From a virus (taxonomy: Duplodnaviria > Heunggongvirae > Uroviricota > Caudoviricetes), in IMG/VR virus record IMGVR_UViG_3300022562_000051, positions 108,581-172,580 of that record: DNA of 64,000 nt; one strand, given 5' to 3'. Below the pieces are notes generated by a model. It had not been told where the DNA came from. It searched no databases and was given only the letters and a program-made list of their open reading frames with translations. Below are positions 38,914-49,316 of the stretch, one piece after another. Position 1 is the stretch's first letter; each line of letters begins with the position of its first letter. Position numbers and translations under genes: made by a program.

Positions 38914-41080
38914 GATGCAAGTTGTTCCCGTATCATATGATCGTCTGGTCAGGCTAATTCAAGAATTAGCCAATGATCCAGATAACTATGAGTTGAATTA
39001 TTTCGTCGCTCTTGAATACGAGGGCATGGGACAGACTGCGGCAGCAGCATCCTATTTCCTGCGTTGCGCGGATAGGACACACAATCCGCAGCTAGCCTAC
39101 GAGTGCTTGTTGAAGATTGGTCTGTGTCTGGATCGTCAGGGAAAACGTGCCAATTCGGTTCGCGGCTATTTCCAACATGCTATCTGTCTGATGCCGAAGC
39201 GTCCAGAAGCTTACTTCCTGCTAGCGCGTCACTACGAGCGTATTCAGGATCATCCAACTGGCTATATGTACGCCGATCTAGGATTGAAGGTGTCTGACAC
39301 CACAGCCGCAGGACCGCTACTCTCTTGGGTCGAGTATCCCGGCAAGTACGGACTGATCTTTGAAAAGGCAGTCTGCGCATGGTGGTGGGGCAAGCCAAAC
39401 GAGTCGCGTTCCCTGTTCGCAGAACTCTGGAATACCTACGATATGGACGATGTTCACACCGTGGCAGTCGAGAACAATCTGAAATCACTGAACGTGCCGT
39501 ATGTTCCAAAGCCAACTGTTGTTGTTTACCACAAGGCAGACAGTGTAGAGGATGTGCCAGAAGAAAACAAGATGGATATCGTTTTGCAGGGACCGTATAC
39601 GGAAGAAACCGATGAGGTCATTGTAAACTATCTTAAGCTGCCGTTCGTAAACAAGATCATCGTTTCCTGTTGGGAAGACGATGTTGTTCCTAACTGGACT
39701 AATCCAAGAGTCGTTGTTACGAAGAACAAGAAGCCAATGTTCTTCGGTACGGACAATCGCAATCTACAGATCGTCACTTCTCGCGCAGGCGTAGCCCTGT
39801 CCAAGACCAGATACGTCGGCAAGATGCGCACGGATCAGGTCTATGACGAAAAGAGCATGTGGCGCATGTACGAATTCTTCATGAACGATCCTGACAGGGA
39901 CAAGAAGATTTTCGTGGCTGGATACTTTCCAAAGCTACAGTATCATCCAAGGGATCATATCTTTTGGGGACTGCGTACTTCGGTGGCTAGCCTCTTCGAT
40001 TGCCCATTGGAAATCGGACTGGCTGACAGAGTACACATTCCGAAGGATAAACTCTGGAAGTATTACAACCATTTCACTCGCTCAGAGACATACCTCTGTG
40101 CCAACTACATTGCCAAGTTCAATCCTGATGTGTACATGCATCTGATCTATCCTGAGAAGTATCTCTTCGACAATGCTCCACAGTGGGCAGAGGCGCACGA
40201 TGTTTCCACCATCTGGACATATCGGCTGTTCAAGTCATTCCCGCGTGAGGGAGTTGACCTCAAGTGGCGGCGCAAGGGATGGGAGCATTATCCATACGAT
40301 CTACAGTATGGTGAGGGCGAGCGTTGGTGCGAATACGATCCACCAACCGATAAGATTGACTTCGGTGACAACGACGAAATATTCAGGCGGTTTGCTCATG
40401 AGGAAATCGTACTGAATAAGCAATACGAGAAGTTTACCACAGTCAAGGATAATTCTGTGGTTGTGGATATCGGAGCTAATGTCGGATTGTTCCCATACTC
40501 AATTCGCGACAGGAAGATCAAGCACTATTATGGAGTGGAACCATCACCTTCGATGGTACGGGCGTTGAGGGGTAATCTGGAACGATACAACATTCCATCA
40601 ACAATCTGTGAGTACGCTATCGGCAAGACTTCAACAGAGATTCCATTCGGAACTGACGAAGCCGCGTTCCGCTATATCTACGCAACCAAGCCTAACGTTC
40701 TAAAGGTCAAGACGTTCAATGAATTCATTGCCGAGAACAAGCTTGCATACATTGACTTCCTCAAGGTGGACGGTGAGGGATGCGAGTATGATATTTTCAC
40801 ACCAGCAAACAAGAACTTCCTCACCAATAACGTAGGATACATTGCTGGTGAGTGGCATCTGAGCCAGATCAATCATAGCGACGAGTTCGTATACAAGTTC
40901 ATCGAATTCAAGAATCAATATCTGGTCGGCAGAAAGAAGCCATACCTCGTCTTCGAAGCGCATAGCTGGAAGGACGTATCGGAACAAATTCTGGATGACA
41001 CTTACGTTTGGGGATTCTACAACTGGTGGCATCCAAGAGCAATGGGAGCGCAGTTGATCATCTACATGGACAACAGATAA
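38906..41080 (+). CDS. multidomain protein: TPR-like N-terminus plus C-terminal FkbM-family methyltransferase
   Basis: C-terminal VVVDIGANVGLF (FkbM motif); N-terminal helical repeats. Confidence 0.5.
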   Translation: MDKMQVVPVSYDRLVRLIQELANDPDNYELNYFVALEYEGMGQTAAAASYFLRCADRTHNPQLAYECLLKIGLCLDRQGKRANSVRGYFQHAICLMPKRPEAYFLLARHYERIQDHPTGYMYADLGLKVSDTTAAGPLLSWVEYPGKYGLIFEKAVCAWWWGKPNESRSLFAELWNTYDMDDVHTVAVENNLKSLNVPYVPKPTVVVYHKADSVEDVPEENKMDIVLQGPYTEETDEVIVNYLKLPFVNKIIVSCWEDDVVPNWTNPRVVVTKNKKPMFFGTDNRNLQIVTSRAGVALSKTRYVGKMRTDQVYDEKSMWRMYEFFMNDPDRDKKIFVAGYFPKLQYHPRDHIFWGLRTSVASLFDCPLEIGLADRVHIPKDKLWKYYNHFTRSETYLCANYIAKFNPDVYMHLIYPEKYLFDNAPQWAEAHDVSTIWTYRLFKSFPREGVDLKWRRKGWEHYPYDLQYGEGERWCEYDPPTDKIDFGDNDEIFRRFAHEEIVLNKQYEKFTTVKDNSVVVDIGANVGLFPYSIRDRKIKHYYGVEPSPSMVRALRGNLERYNIPSTICEYAIGKTSTEIPFGTDEAAFRYIYATKPNVLKVKTFNEFIAENKLAYIDFLKVDGEGCEYDIFTPANKNFLTNNVGYIAGEWHLSQINHSDEFVYKFIEFKNQYLVGRKKPYLVFEAHSWKDVSEQILDDTYVWGFYNWWHPRAMGAQLIIYMDNR

Positions 41081-41706
41081 TGGAATACGAATTCACCACA
41101 GATTGGTTTAGTCGCCATGCGGTGTTGTGGGAGACACTTCTCACCAGACTGAACCCAATGAAGATTCTTGAAATTGGATCGTTCGAAGGTCGAGCTACCA
41201 CTTTCATGATTGAGACTATTGGTAAATCTGTTCCGGTGGAAATCTATTGCGTGGATACTTGGAAGGGTGGTGTAGAACACGAAGGAATAGACTTCGACAA
41301 GGTGCAGAAGCGTTTTGACATTAATTGTGAACTAGCTACGCGAAAGGTACCACACACTGCAAGAGTCCTCAAGCTGGTTGGAACTTCCCTTGAATGTCTT
41401 TCCAAGCTGGCAGTAGATGGAATTCGCGATTTCGATTTAGTTTACGTGGACGGATCGCACGTTGCATCGGATGTATTCTTTGATGCGGCTATGGCGTTCC
41501 AGTTGGCTCGCGTCGGCGGTGCAATTATCTTTGATGACTATAATGGAAATTCAACTGATGTGTACAATCACCCGAAGATAGCCATTGATGCCTTTGTCAT
41601 GGCACACGGCAACAAATTGAAGTCCATGGATTTTAAGTTTAATGATGGTAAGATCATTACCGAAGACATGCTCTATCAACGCTATTACTGGAAGATCGCA
41701 CCATGA
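41080..41706 (+). CDS. class I SAM-dependent O-methyltransferase (TylF/MycF-like)
   Basis: MKILEIGSFEGRATTFM...VYVDGSHV. Confidence 0.5.
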   Translation: MEYEFTTDWFSRHAVLWETLLTRLNPMKILEIGSFEGRATTFMIETIGKSVPVEIYCVDTWKGGVEHEGIDFDKVQKRFDINCELATRKVPHTARVLKLVGTSLECLSKLAVDGIRDFDLVYVDGSHVASDVFFDAAMAFQLARVGGAIIFDDYNGNSTDVYNHPKIAIDAFVMAHGNKLKSMDFKFNDGKIITEDMLYQRYYWKIAP

Positions 41707-41972
41707 ACAAGAAAGCTATGGAACTGGACGATACCAATGACTTCGGATTCTCGTTTGCCGACACGGACGAGGTTTCAGCCCCCGTAGTCCAGACTGCTAC
41801 CGCCACTGCGGAAGAAACCTATAAACAAAAGTTGCAAGAGGTTGAAAGGCTTATCCTTCCGCTCCTATATAATCTGATGAAGAATCCCGAGAAGCCATTC
41901 ATCAAATGGGAGAATCGGGTTCCTGTCATTCAGAAACAGATTGACAGAATTACCGCTATCACAAGGAGTTGA
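41703..41972 (+). CDS. hypothetical acidic protein
   Basis: ORF. Confidence 0.3.
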   Translation: MNKKAMELDDTNDFGFSFADTDEVSAPVVQTATATAEETYKQKLQEVERLILPLLYNLMKNPEKPFIKWENRVPVIQKQIDRITAITRS

Positions 41973-42169
41973 TTATGGAACTAGAAAAAGAAATCGAATG
42001 TGAGAACTGTAGCGCGAGTTACAGGGTTCTCTATGAGGATGACAAAACCGATTACCTAAGTCCTGATACTTGCCCGTTCTGTGGTGAGTCTGTGAACTCT
42101 TATGATGAAGAAGATGAAGATGATTTTTGGAATGATGATGAGGACGATGATGACGATCTGCTGGACTAA
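41969..42169 (+). CDS. zinc-ribbon protein with poly-acidic tail
   Basis: CENC...CPFC; DEEDEDD tail. Confidence 0.4.
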   Translation: MIMELEKEIECENCSASYRVLYEDDKTDYLSPDTCPFCGESVNSYDEEDEDDFWNDDEDDDDDLLD

Positions 42170-42171
42170 GA

Positions 42172-42783
42172 ATGACTATCATAGGAATAGATTATTCTCT
42201 GACCTGTCCCTGCGTCTGCGTAAGCAACAACAAGGTCTTCGCGGATAACTACTTCTATTTTCTACACGATAACAAGAAGTATACTGGACAAGTCCTAAAC
42301 ATCCTTGGCGACCAGCACGATGAATATCTGGTAGATCAGCAACGATACGAAAACATTGCATCATGGGTTTTGAGCATTGTAGCTCCTTTTGATAGAGAGA
42401 AAACTCAAATTCTAATTGAAGATTACTCATTCGGCAGTAAAGGAAGAGTCTTTCATCTTGCAGAGAATTGTGGTATAATGAAATATCTGTTGTATAAGAA
42501 CGGTTATCGTTTTGCAACAGTCGCCCCTACGGTAGTAAAGAAGTATGCTACCGGAAAGGGTAATGCCAATAAGCAGGGAATGTATGATGCATTCTATGAG
42601 TTAACTGAAATAGACCTTATAGATATCTTTGGCGGGAAGAGCAAGCGATTGGATTCCCCCGTAACGGATATTGTGGACTCGTTCTTTCTTGCGTGTTACA
42701 TGCGCGACAGTCTAGCAACCCGAGATACGGAGAAACTCAATCGTGGAACAAATAGAGGAAGAAAAGTTGATCCAAAATTGTGA
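42172..42783 (+). CDS. RuvC-like Holliday junction resolvase
   Basis: IIGIDYS (Asp1), ILIEDYSF (Glu), RNase H-fold pattern. Confidence 0.5.
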   Translation: MTIIGIDYSLTCPCVCVSNNKVFADNYFYFLHDNKKYTGQVLNILGDQHDEYLVDQQRYENIASWVLSIVAPFDREKTQILIEDYSFGSKGRVFHLAENCGIMKYLLYKNGYRFATVAPTVVKKYATGKGNANKQGMYDAFYELTEIDLIDIFGGKSKRLDSPVTDIVDSFFLACYMRDSLATRDTEKLNRGTNRGRKVDPKL

Positions 42784-43123
42784 TGCGGTTCTGTGGGTTT
42801 CAAAGCAGACGGATGAAGAAGTCATTACCGTCATGCAATTCTTTAAGTCCAAGGAAAAGGAAAGTGTAATTCCCTCGGATATGGGCTTTAAGTATAACAT
42901 CATGATGTTCAGGACTCCTGATGAAGTGGAAACGCTCACAGCTATTATTGGTGATCCATTCGGTTATGTCGAGCGAATCGGCAAGCTTGGATATCATGGA
43001 TTGATGTACAAGAAGAATTCGAAGAACACCAAAGAGTTCAAGGATCACATATCCTTGATCATGGACAAATGGGGTTTCCATCCAAAGGAAGCCAAGAGGT
43101 TAATGAAACTTACGGTGAACTGA
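42743..43123 (+). CDS. hypothetical protein
   Basis: ORF. Confidence 0.3.
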   Translation: MEQIEEEKLIQNCDAVLWVSKQTDEEVITVMQFFKSKEKESVIPSDMGFKYNIMMFRTPDEVETLTAIIGDPFGYVERIGKLGYHGLMYKKNSKNTKEFKDHISLIMDKWGFHPKEAKRLMKLTVN

Positions 43124-43124
43124 T

Positions 43125-44081
43125 ATGAAATATTTGGTAACTGGTGGTGCGGGATTTCTCGGTAGCCATCTGTGTGAACGACTTCTCAAGAGTGATCATG
43201 AAGTGATAGCAGTAGATAACTTCTCGTCTAGCGACGGGAGTAATCTGCGTTACCTTGCACACTATGATAACTTCACGATGGCAAGTCTGGATATCACACT
43301 GATCAATCTGTGTGAGTATTTTGCGGATGACGAATTCGACGGCATCTTCAATCTAGCCTGTCCAGCCTCGCCGCCCTTCTACCAGAACATGCCAATCGAA
43401 ACCACATTGACTTGTGTGGTGGGAGCAACCAATGTCCTTGAACTGGCTACACAAAAGAACTGTAAGGTTCTTCAAGCGTCTACTTCGGAAGTCTACGGTG
43501 ATCCAGAGGTATCGCCGCAGCCAGAGACATATCGCGGCAGAGTCAATTCGTTTGGACCGCGAGCTTGTTATGATGAAGGCAAGAGAGCAGCCGAAGCTTT
43601 ATTCTATGACTACCAAAAGCAAAAGGGGACTGACATTCGCATCGTGCGTATATTCAATACTTACGGTCCTCGTATGCTTGCTAATGATGGTCGTGTGGTA
43701 AGCAACTTCATCGTGCAGGCACTCAAGGGACAACCTATCACGATCTACGGCAGCGGCAATCAGACTCGCTCTTTCTGTTATGTTGACGATCTTATGGATG
43801 CCATTAGTAAAATCTGGCACAGCGAATGTCGCGAGCCGGTGAACATCGGCAACCCCGGTGAGTTCTCCATGCTGGAACTGGCTGAAAGAGTAATTGCTCT
43901 TACAGGTAGTGATTCTGAAATTACATTTATGCCACTGCCAGCGGACGATCCAAAGCAGCGTAAACCTAATATTGCTAAGGCAATTACGCTAGGATGGCAG
44001 GGTCCACAGGTTCCCCTTGACAAAGGACTGCAATCTACGGTACAATACTTCATGTCGAAACTTGAATCGGGTGAGATTTAA
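43125..44081 (+). CDS. UDP-glucuronate decarboxylase-like SDR (UXS/ArnA-C family)
   Basis: [51 protein letters not shown]. Confidence 0.7.
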   Translation: MKYLVTGGAGFLGSHLCERLLKSDHEVIAVDNFSSSDGSNLRYLAHYDNFTMASLDITLINLCEYFADDEFDGIFNLACPASPPFYQNMPIETTLTCVVGATNVLELATQKNCKVLQASTSEVYGDPEVSPQPETYRGRVNSFGPRACYDEGKRAAEALFYDYQKQKGTDIRIVRIFNTYGPRMLANDGRVVSNFIVQALKGQPITIYGSGNQTRSFCYVDDLMDAISKIWHSECREPVNIGNPGEFSMLELAERVIALTGSDSEITFMPLPADDPKQRKPNIAKAITLGWQGPQVPLDKGLQSTVQYFMSKLESGEI

Positions 44082-44082
44082 T

Positions 44083-44328
44083 ATGAAGTACGATTATAAT
44101 TCGCTGGTGGAAATGTTGCAGAAGTCTGTTGTGACGGTGACGTTTACGAAGGTTGACGGTACGGAGCGCGTGATGAACTGCACTCTGTTGCCGCAGTATC
44201 TTCCAGAGCAGTATCGGAACAAGGCACCTATGTTGCTTGAACAGTCGCCACTGACAGTTTCCGCGTGGGATGTAGATGCGAGCGGCTGGCGCAGTTTCCG
44301 GCTGGACAATATCAAGAGCGTCCATTAA
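44083..44328 (+). CDS. small conserved-domain protein (paralog of the C-terminus of the 57049 gene)
   Basis: VTVTFTKVDGTERVMNCTLLP...WDV...WRSFR. Confidence 0.4.
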   Translation: MKYDYNSLVEMLQKSVVTVTFTKVDGTERVMNCTLLPQYLPEQYRNKAPMLLEQSPLTVSAWDVDASGWRSFRLDNIKSVH

Positions 44329-45382
44329 AATGCCTAAGCGCAGATATATCGCAGTCAGCACAAAGGCTGGCGGCGAACCAGTGTGGGAATCGAAAAAGGT
44401 TCCTACTCAGGGTGATCTTGCAAAAGCCTTGAACTGGTATAATGCCAACAAGGACGAGAAGGACGCTGCGAAGTATCTCGGCGTTCCGGTTTCTATTGCT
44501 CGCGATTTTCAGTCAACAGCATGGGTTACTCGACTCCTAACGCGAGGATATAAGCTGCCGAAGGTTTCCAAGCAATCATATGAAACTCGTATGAAGGAAC
44601 TGGAACTAATCAAGCAGCAGCGCAAGGGTGAGACTGGTACTGATCCCGGTGATGTTGTTTCTATTCAGGAACGAGTCCGTAATAAGACCGAAGAAATCAT
44701 CGGTGAAATGGAAGGGCTGGTAGACGATTTCGGTATTCGTGGCGATGCCAGCAAGATGAATGCTTACCAGTGGATGATTGATAATGACGTAAAGGCAATT
44801 CATGCGCCACGTATTATCAATCACTTTCGGCAGCAAATGCTGGAACCATTCGAAGCTGCGCAGGGCAAGGACAAGTCCCTTTCCGAAGGTTATGCAGCTT
44901 ACGGCAAGAAGGGGCTGATGAACCTGTTGCAGTGCTACGCCAACATCATCAAGGATGCGGAGCGTCTGGCACAGAACGTCAGCAAGGCACGTAAGCCGCG
45001 CAAGAAAAAGCCAATGTCTTTTGACAAGATGGTGGCTAAGTTAAATTACAAGGTCAGGGACGATTCGCTCAAACTAGCCTCTGTTGATCCGATTAAGATC
45101 ATCGGCGCAGAACAGTTGTGGATTTACAACACCAAGACTCGCAAGTTGGGCGTATACAACGCGCTCGACGCAGCAGGGCTACTGGTGAAGGGCAGCACAA
45201 TTAAGAATTTCGGTGCAGATAGCAGCATTTCGAAGACGTTGCGTAAGCCGGAAAAGGTGCTGCCGACTGTGACTACGGGCGGCAAGGTATCGCTGCGCCG
45301 CGTCATGGATGGAATCAAGGCGAAACCGACCAAGATGAACGGCAGGATCAATAAGGACACCTTACTCCTGCGTGTTTCCTAA
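44329..45382 (+). CDS. hypothetical protein
   Basis: 350-aa ORF. Confidence 0.35.
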
Positions 45383-45427
45383 ATAGAACGGGTATTATTA
45401 TCAACCTCTTACATACGGGGGACGGAT

Positions 45428-45958
45428 ATGATCAGGGTTACGAGTCCTTATCTGAAAAAGGATGATCGTGAATTGCTGAAACACTATTCGAAGTTTGTAT
45501 TAAACAAATTTGTTCGTAATGCAATCATTCGTAAATCAGACTTTAACATCAAGGTCTTGAGGAAAGAAGACCTAACGGAAAAGGAAGACTATCACGATAT
45601 GAAGAAGTATGGAGCATGGATTATCCATACTGGTCTTGACAACGGCAGAAGGAAGTTTACACTCATTCTGTCAGCTACTCACATCAACAAGGGTGCGAAG
45701 AAGAACTACAAGCGACTCAAGAAGGTTATGCTCGACTTGGGTCACGAATTGGTTCACGCAAAGCAATACCTGAATAACGAGTTGTTCGATTACGTATCGG
45801 GTGACGTTCGTTACAAGGGTGATGTGTATAACTATGATATGAGCAATGATGAAGACTACTACAATTCACCATGGGAAATCGAAGCCTACGGCAGAGAGTG
45901 GGGATTGTATTCGATGTTTGTAAACAATATGAAGGAAGAGGCGAAAGCCAAGAAGTAA
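45428..45958 (+). CDS. putative zinc metallopeptidase (HExxH)
   Basis: LGHELVHAKQ. Confidence 0.35.
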   Translation: MIRVTSPYLKKDDRELLKHYSKFVLNKFVRNAIIRKSDFNIKVLRKEDLTEKEDYHDMKKYGAWIIHTGLDNGRRKFTLILSATHINKGAKKNYKRLKKVMLDLGHELVHAKQYLNNELFDYVSGDVRYKGDVYNYDMSNDEDYYNSPWEIEAYGREWGLYSMFVNNMKEEAKAKK

Positions 45959-45959
45959 C

Positions 45960-46136
45960 ATGTCCAAGAAGAAGCGGTATGAGTATCGCAGTAATACTCA
46001 GTTTAGTCATGAAGAGATTAAAGAAAGACGAGTGAAAAGACGCGCAATGCGTGATGATCACAAAGATAATTGGAAGTTCGATCCAAAGGACTATGACGAT
46101 GCGGACCTTGACCAAGAATGGGACGATTACAGATGA
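45960..46136 (+). CDS. small basic/acidic protein
   Basis: 58-aa ORF below the track cutoff. Confidence 0.25.
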   Translation: MSKKKRYEYRSNTQFSHEEIKERRVKRRAMRDDHKDNWKFDPKDYDDADLDQEWDDYR

Positions 46137-46470
46137 TCTTATCAAGTATAGAAATAAGATCAATGGAATCGTTTACTATGCGCACCGAAAGGCAAAGACT
46201 GTCCTGCGGGAAGGTACCGAGTACCTTCCCGTAGTCGAACATCCGCACCGACCAAGGACCGTATTTGTGGCTCGTAGCGCACTGGAAAGGCTTTAAAACG
46301 GCTCAAAAGGCACCCCCGCTACCCTAGCACCCCGAAAATTTGCGCCTCTCTACGGGCTTCTCAGGGGCTTACAGGGCATATCGTAAGTTGTTGATTTCTA
46401 ACCGGTTTCCCCTATTGTGTTTCTTTACAAAACCCCGTAGAATTGTAAGTATAGGGTGATTTGATAAGGA

Positions 46471-46821
46471 TTGATGATGCTTCGCGTGTGGCAGATTTCG
46501 CTGGAACGGTACCATGATCAGGTCAATGCACTTGGATGGGATGCCGCTTGCAAGGCGTATCCGGCAGTGAAAGCGTATCTTGACTCTTCGGTTTACGGAT
46601 CGGAGCGTTGGGATCGTTCGTATTTCGAACACTACGTGCCGGTTGCGAAGCTGGCGACTGATGATCTTGACGATGCGTTCCGCATTGGCAACATTGGTCC
46701 GCAGGAAGATATTCGCGAGGGTTTCCTTGACCATTCTGTGTCGGTTGGCGACATTCTGGAAACCGAGCGCGGCGAGTTGTTCATGGTGAACAGCATCGGT
46801 TTTGAAAGGGTTTACGCCTAA
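46471..46821 (+). CDS. hypothetical protein
   Basis: ORF after a 170-bp intergenic region. Confidence 0.35.
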   Translation: MMMLRVWQISLERYHDQVNALGWDAACKAYPAVKAYLDSSVYGSERWDRSYFEHYVPVAKLATDDLDDAFRIGNIGPQEDIREGFLDHSVSVGDILETERGELFMVNSIGFERVYA

Positions 46822-47030
46822 TGTTTATTCTCACGGTTTTCCGCGACGAGCGCAACATCCGTATGCAGTTTGGCGAATGCATGTCGCCAGACGCAATCTG
46901 GAAGATTCTCACCTACGCATTTGATCGCGACGAGTTCGTTTCGTTCGTGCGCGTGGATGAGCCGATTGAGCGTCCCGAAGACGAGGAAAATGCGGCGCTC
47001 GACTACGTAGACGAGGCAATGCAGTCATGA
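46821..47030 (+). CDS. hypothetical protein
   Basis: ORF. Confidence 0.3.
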   Translation: MFILTVFRDERNIRMQFGECMSPDAIWKILTYAFDRDEFVSFVRVDEPIERPEDEENAALDYVDEAMQS

Positions 47031-47166
47031 CCAATCGCGTCAAGCTTTACCGTGGCAATCCCGTAGCAAAGCGGGTGCGCACTCCTGAGTTCCGTATGCG
47101 CGTGGTTCCGGCTGCGAAGCAATACAATCGGGCTAAGGACAAGCGAGGCTGGCTGAGAGATTTCGC

Positions 47167-47559
47167 GTGAACATTCCCCAAGTCGGTAATGTGGTGCGCG
47201 TCACTACGCGGCACCGCAATTACTACATCTACACGTACAAAGAGCAACCTTTCGTAGAATACACCTACGAGGGTACCGTGCTGCCGTCCATGAAAGGCGA
47301 CAAGCCGGATACGTTCAACATGACAGGCGACGAGCGGATGCGCTCGCGCAACATTGCCATGGGAAACGTGGTCAAGCTGGAATACATCAAAGGCAAGGGA
47401 CTCGCGTCAAAGGTTCGCGCATTCCGCGTCAAGTCAAGCGACAAGAAAAAGGAATACCTTGTCACGGTTATTGGAAACAAGGCAGAGTGTAACTGCACCG
47501 GATATCAGTTCCGGCACAAGTGTAAGCATTCTGCTGCGGTACTAGCAAAGCTAAAATGA
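47167..47559 (+). CDS. SWIM zinc-finger protein
   Basis: C-terminal CNCTGYQFRHKCKHSAA (CxCxnCxH). Confidence 0.45.
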   Translation: MNIPQVGNVVRVTTRHRNYYIYTYKEQPFVEYTYEGTVLPSMKGDKPDTFNMTGDERMRSRNIAMGNVVKLEYIKGKGLASKVRAFRVKSSDKKKEYLVTVIGNKAECNCTGYQFRHKCKHSAAVLAKLK

Positions 47560-48398
47560 AAATTCAAGTCCTAAGTGATCTACACCTAGAGTTCGGGCAG
47601 TTCACCCTGCACGGCGGCGAAACGCTATTGCTTGCGGGTGACATTACCGTGGCTGCACTCATGCGCCCGAATCGCACGGACAAGGATGCGCGGAAGTTCG
47701 CGAATCGGTGGAAGCAGTTTTTCTTTACCGAATGCGCGAAGTATGATCGCGTCTATTACATCATGGGCAATCATGAGCATTATCGGGGAATGTTCGACAA
47801 TACTGCGGACATTCTGCGCGAGGCTCTTGAGGGTACCAACGTCACATTGCTGGATAAGCAATTCGTTGACCTGAATGATAACTGGCGTCTTTTCGGCGGC
47901 ACTCTGTGGACTGATTACAATGATGGTGATTGGTTCGCGGTTCATGCTGCTAAGGATAAGATGAACGATCACACGATCATCAAGAAACTCAAGGAAGGTA
48001 ACGAGCCGGTTATCGGGCATGTGAAGACTCCGTATGTGGGTAACTTTACTCCATACGATGCTATGGAAGAGCATAAGAAAACTCTGGAAGAGTTGATCGC
48101 TGGCATGTACGAGTGGAAAGACATTGACAAGAATTACATTGTCATGACTCACCATGCACCATGCGGCAAGAGCGTTCATAGCCGGTTTACTGGTGACATT
48201 CTCAATTACGCATACTTCACGGAGTTGGGTGATTGGATCGCTGATCATCCGAATCTAAAGTATTGGTTCCATGGACATACGCATTATAGCTTCGATTATG
48301 AAGTTGGCAACTGTCGCGTGGTTTGTAATCCGCGTGGCTATCATGGCTACGAGGTCAACGGCGCGTTCAACGCCAAGTTTGAAGTGGAGATAGACTAA
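47556..48398 (+). CDS. calcineurin-like metallophosphoesterase
   Basis: SDLHLE, LLAGDIT, GNHEHY, GHTHY. Confidence 0.65.
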   Translation: MKIQVLSDLHLEFGQFTLHGGETLLLAGDITVAALMRPNRTDKDARKFANRWKQFFFTECAKYDRVYYIMGNHEHYRGMFDNTADILREALEGTNVTLLDKQFVDLNDNWRLFGGTLWTDYNDGDWFAVHAAKDKMNDHTIIKKLKEGNEPVIGHVKTPYVGNFTPYDAMEEHKKTLEELIAGMYEWKDIDKNYIVMTHHAPCGKSVHSRFTGDILNYAYFTELGDWIADHPNLKYWFHGHTHYSFDYEVGNCRVVCNPRGYHGYEVNGAFNAKFEVEID

Positions 48399-48595
48399 TG
48401 CCTATTCTTGTTTTGGTTGTTATTATCGTTCTGTTGATGCTGGTGTCGCCAGCACTAGCAATTTGGGCAGTGAATGAATTGCTGGAACAGGCTGGTGTGT
48501 CGAATCAGATTCCGTGGAACTTCTGGTCATGGCTTGCCATGTGGGTTCTTCTCGGAACACTGCACGGCGCTCGCGGTACATATAAGAGCAAGTAA
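48398..48595 (+). CDS. small membrane protein
   Basis: Two hydrophobic helices. Confidence 0.3.
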   Translation: MPILVLVVIIVLLMLVSPALAIWAVNELLEQAGVSNQIPWNFWSWLAMWVLLGTLHGARGTYKSK

Positions 48596-48596
48596 C

Positions 48597-48926
48597 ATGC
48601 CGAAAAAGTCAAAAGCCGATTTGCGTACACCGGGATCGTGCCTTTACTCCGTGCTGGTGCCGGGAGAGGGTTACATGAAGATTATTTACGGGCAACCGGA
48701 ATTCTATGATAACCTTCCCCGCGCCAGCGCAACTTTTCCGACTCGCGAGGAAGCCGAAAACTTTCTTGCAAACGGAAAGGAAATGATGTATAATAATCTG
48801 GCTCGCGATGAAGAGCGTTACAAGGATAGCTACTTTCCCACCGATTTCCATCGGGAACGAGTGAAAAAGAAAGAGCAGATTCTTAAGAATGCAATTGTGG
48901 TTAGAATTACCGTGGAGAAACTGTAA
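48597..48926 (+). CDS. hypothetical protein
   Basis: ORF. Confidence 0.3.
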   Translation: MPKKSKADLRTPGSCLYSVLVPGEGYMKIIYGQPEFYDNLPRASATFPTREEAENFLANGKEMMYNNLARDEERYKDSYFPTDFHRERVKKKEQILKNAIVVRITVEKL

Positions 48927-49144
48927 TGACGATTAAGCGTAAAACTGGAATGGAACGTCCGGTCATTGATCTGACAGGACCGGAAGGTAACGCTTTCTGT
49001 CTGCTAGCCTATGCGCGGCGTTGGGGTAAGGAACTTGGCAAGAATACTGCCAAGATTCATAAGGAAATGACGAGCGGAGATTACGAGCATCTTGTCGAAG
49101 TCTTTGATCGTGAGTTTGGCGACTACTGCGATTTATTGAGGTAA
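48926..49144 (+). CDS. hypothetical protein
   Basis: ORF. Confidence 0.3.
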   Translation: MTIKRKTGMERPVIDLTGPEGNAFCLLAYARRWGKELGKNTAKIHKEMTSGDYEHLVEVFDREFGDYCDLLR

Positions 49145-49148
49145 CGAT

Positions 49149-49316
49149 ATGAAGTGGCAGGATTGGACGCTGGTGACAGCGTGGCTTGGGTATCTTGCGT
49201 TGCTAGGACCGTTCCTAGTTTCGGAAGATGATTGGATGCTGTTAGGTGCGGGATTGGTTATTCCTGTTATCCTGATGGTTCTTACTGTGAAGAGGTTTAA
49301 GTTTCACTATGAATAA
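49149..49316 (+). CDS. small membrane protein
   Basis: 55-aa, 2 TM. Confidence 0.3.
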   Translation: MKWQDWTLVTAWLGYLALLGPFLVSEDDWMLLGAGLVIPVILMVLTVKRFKFHYE

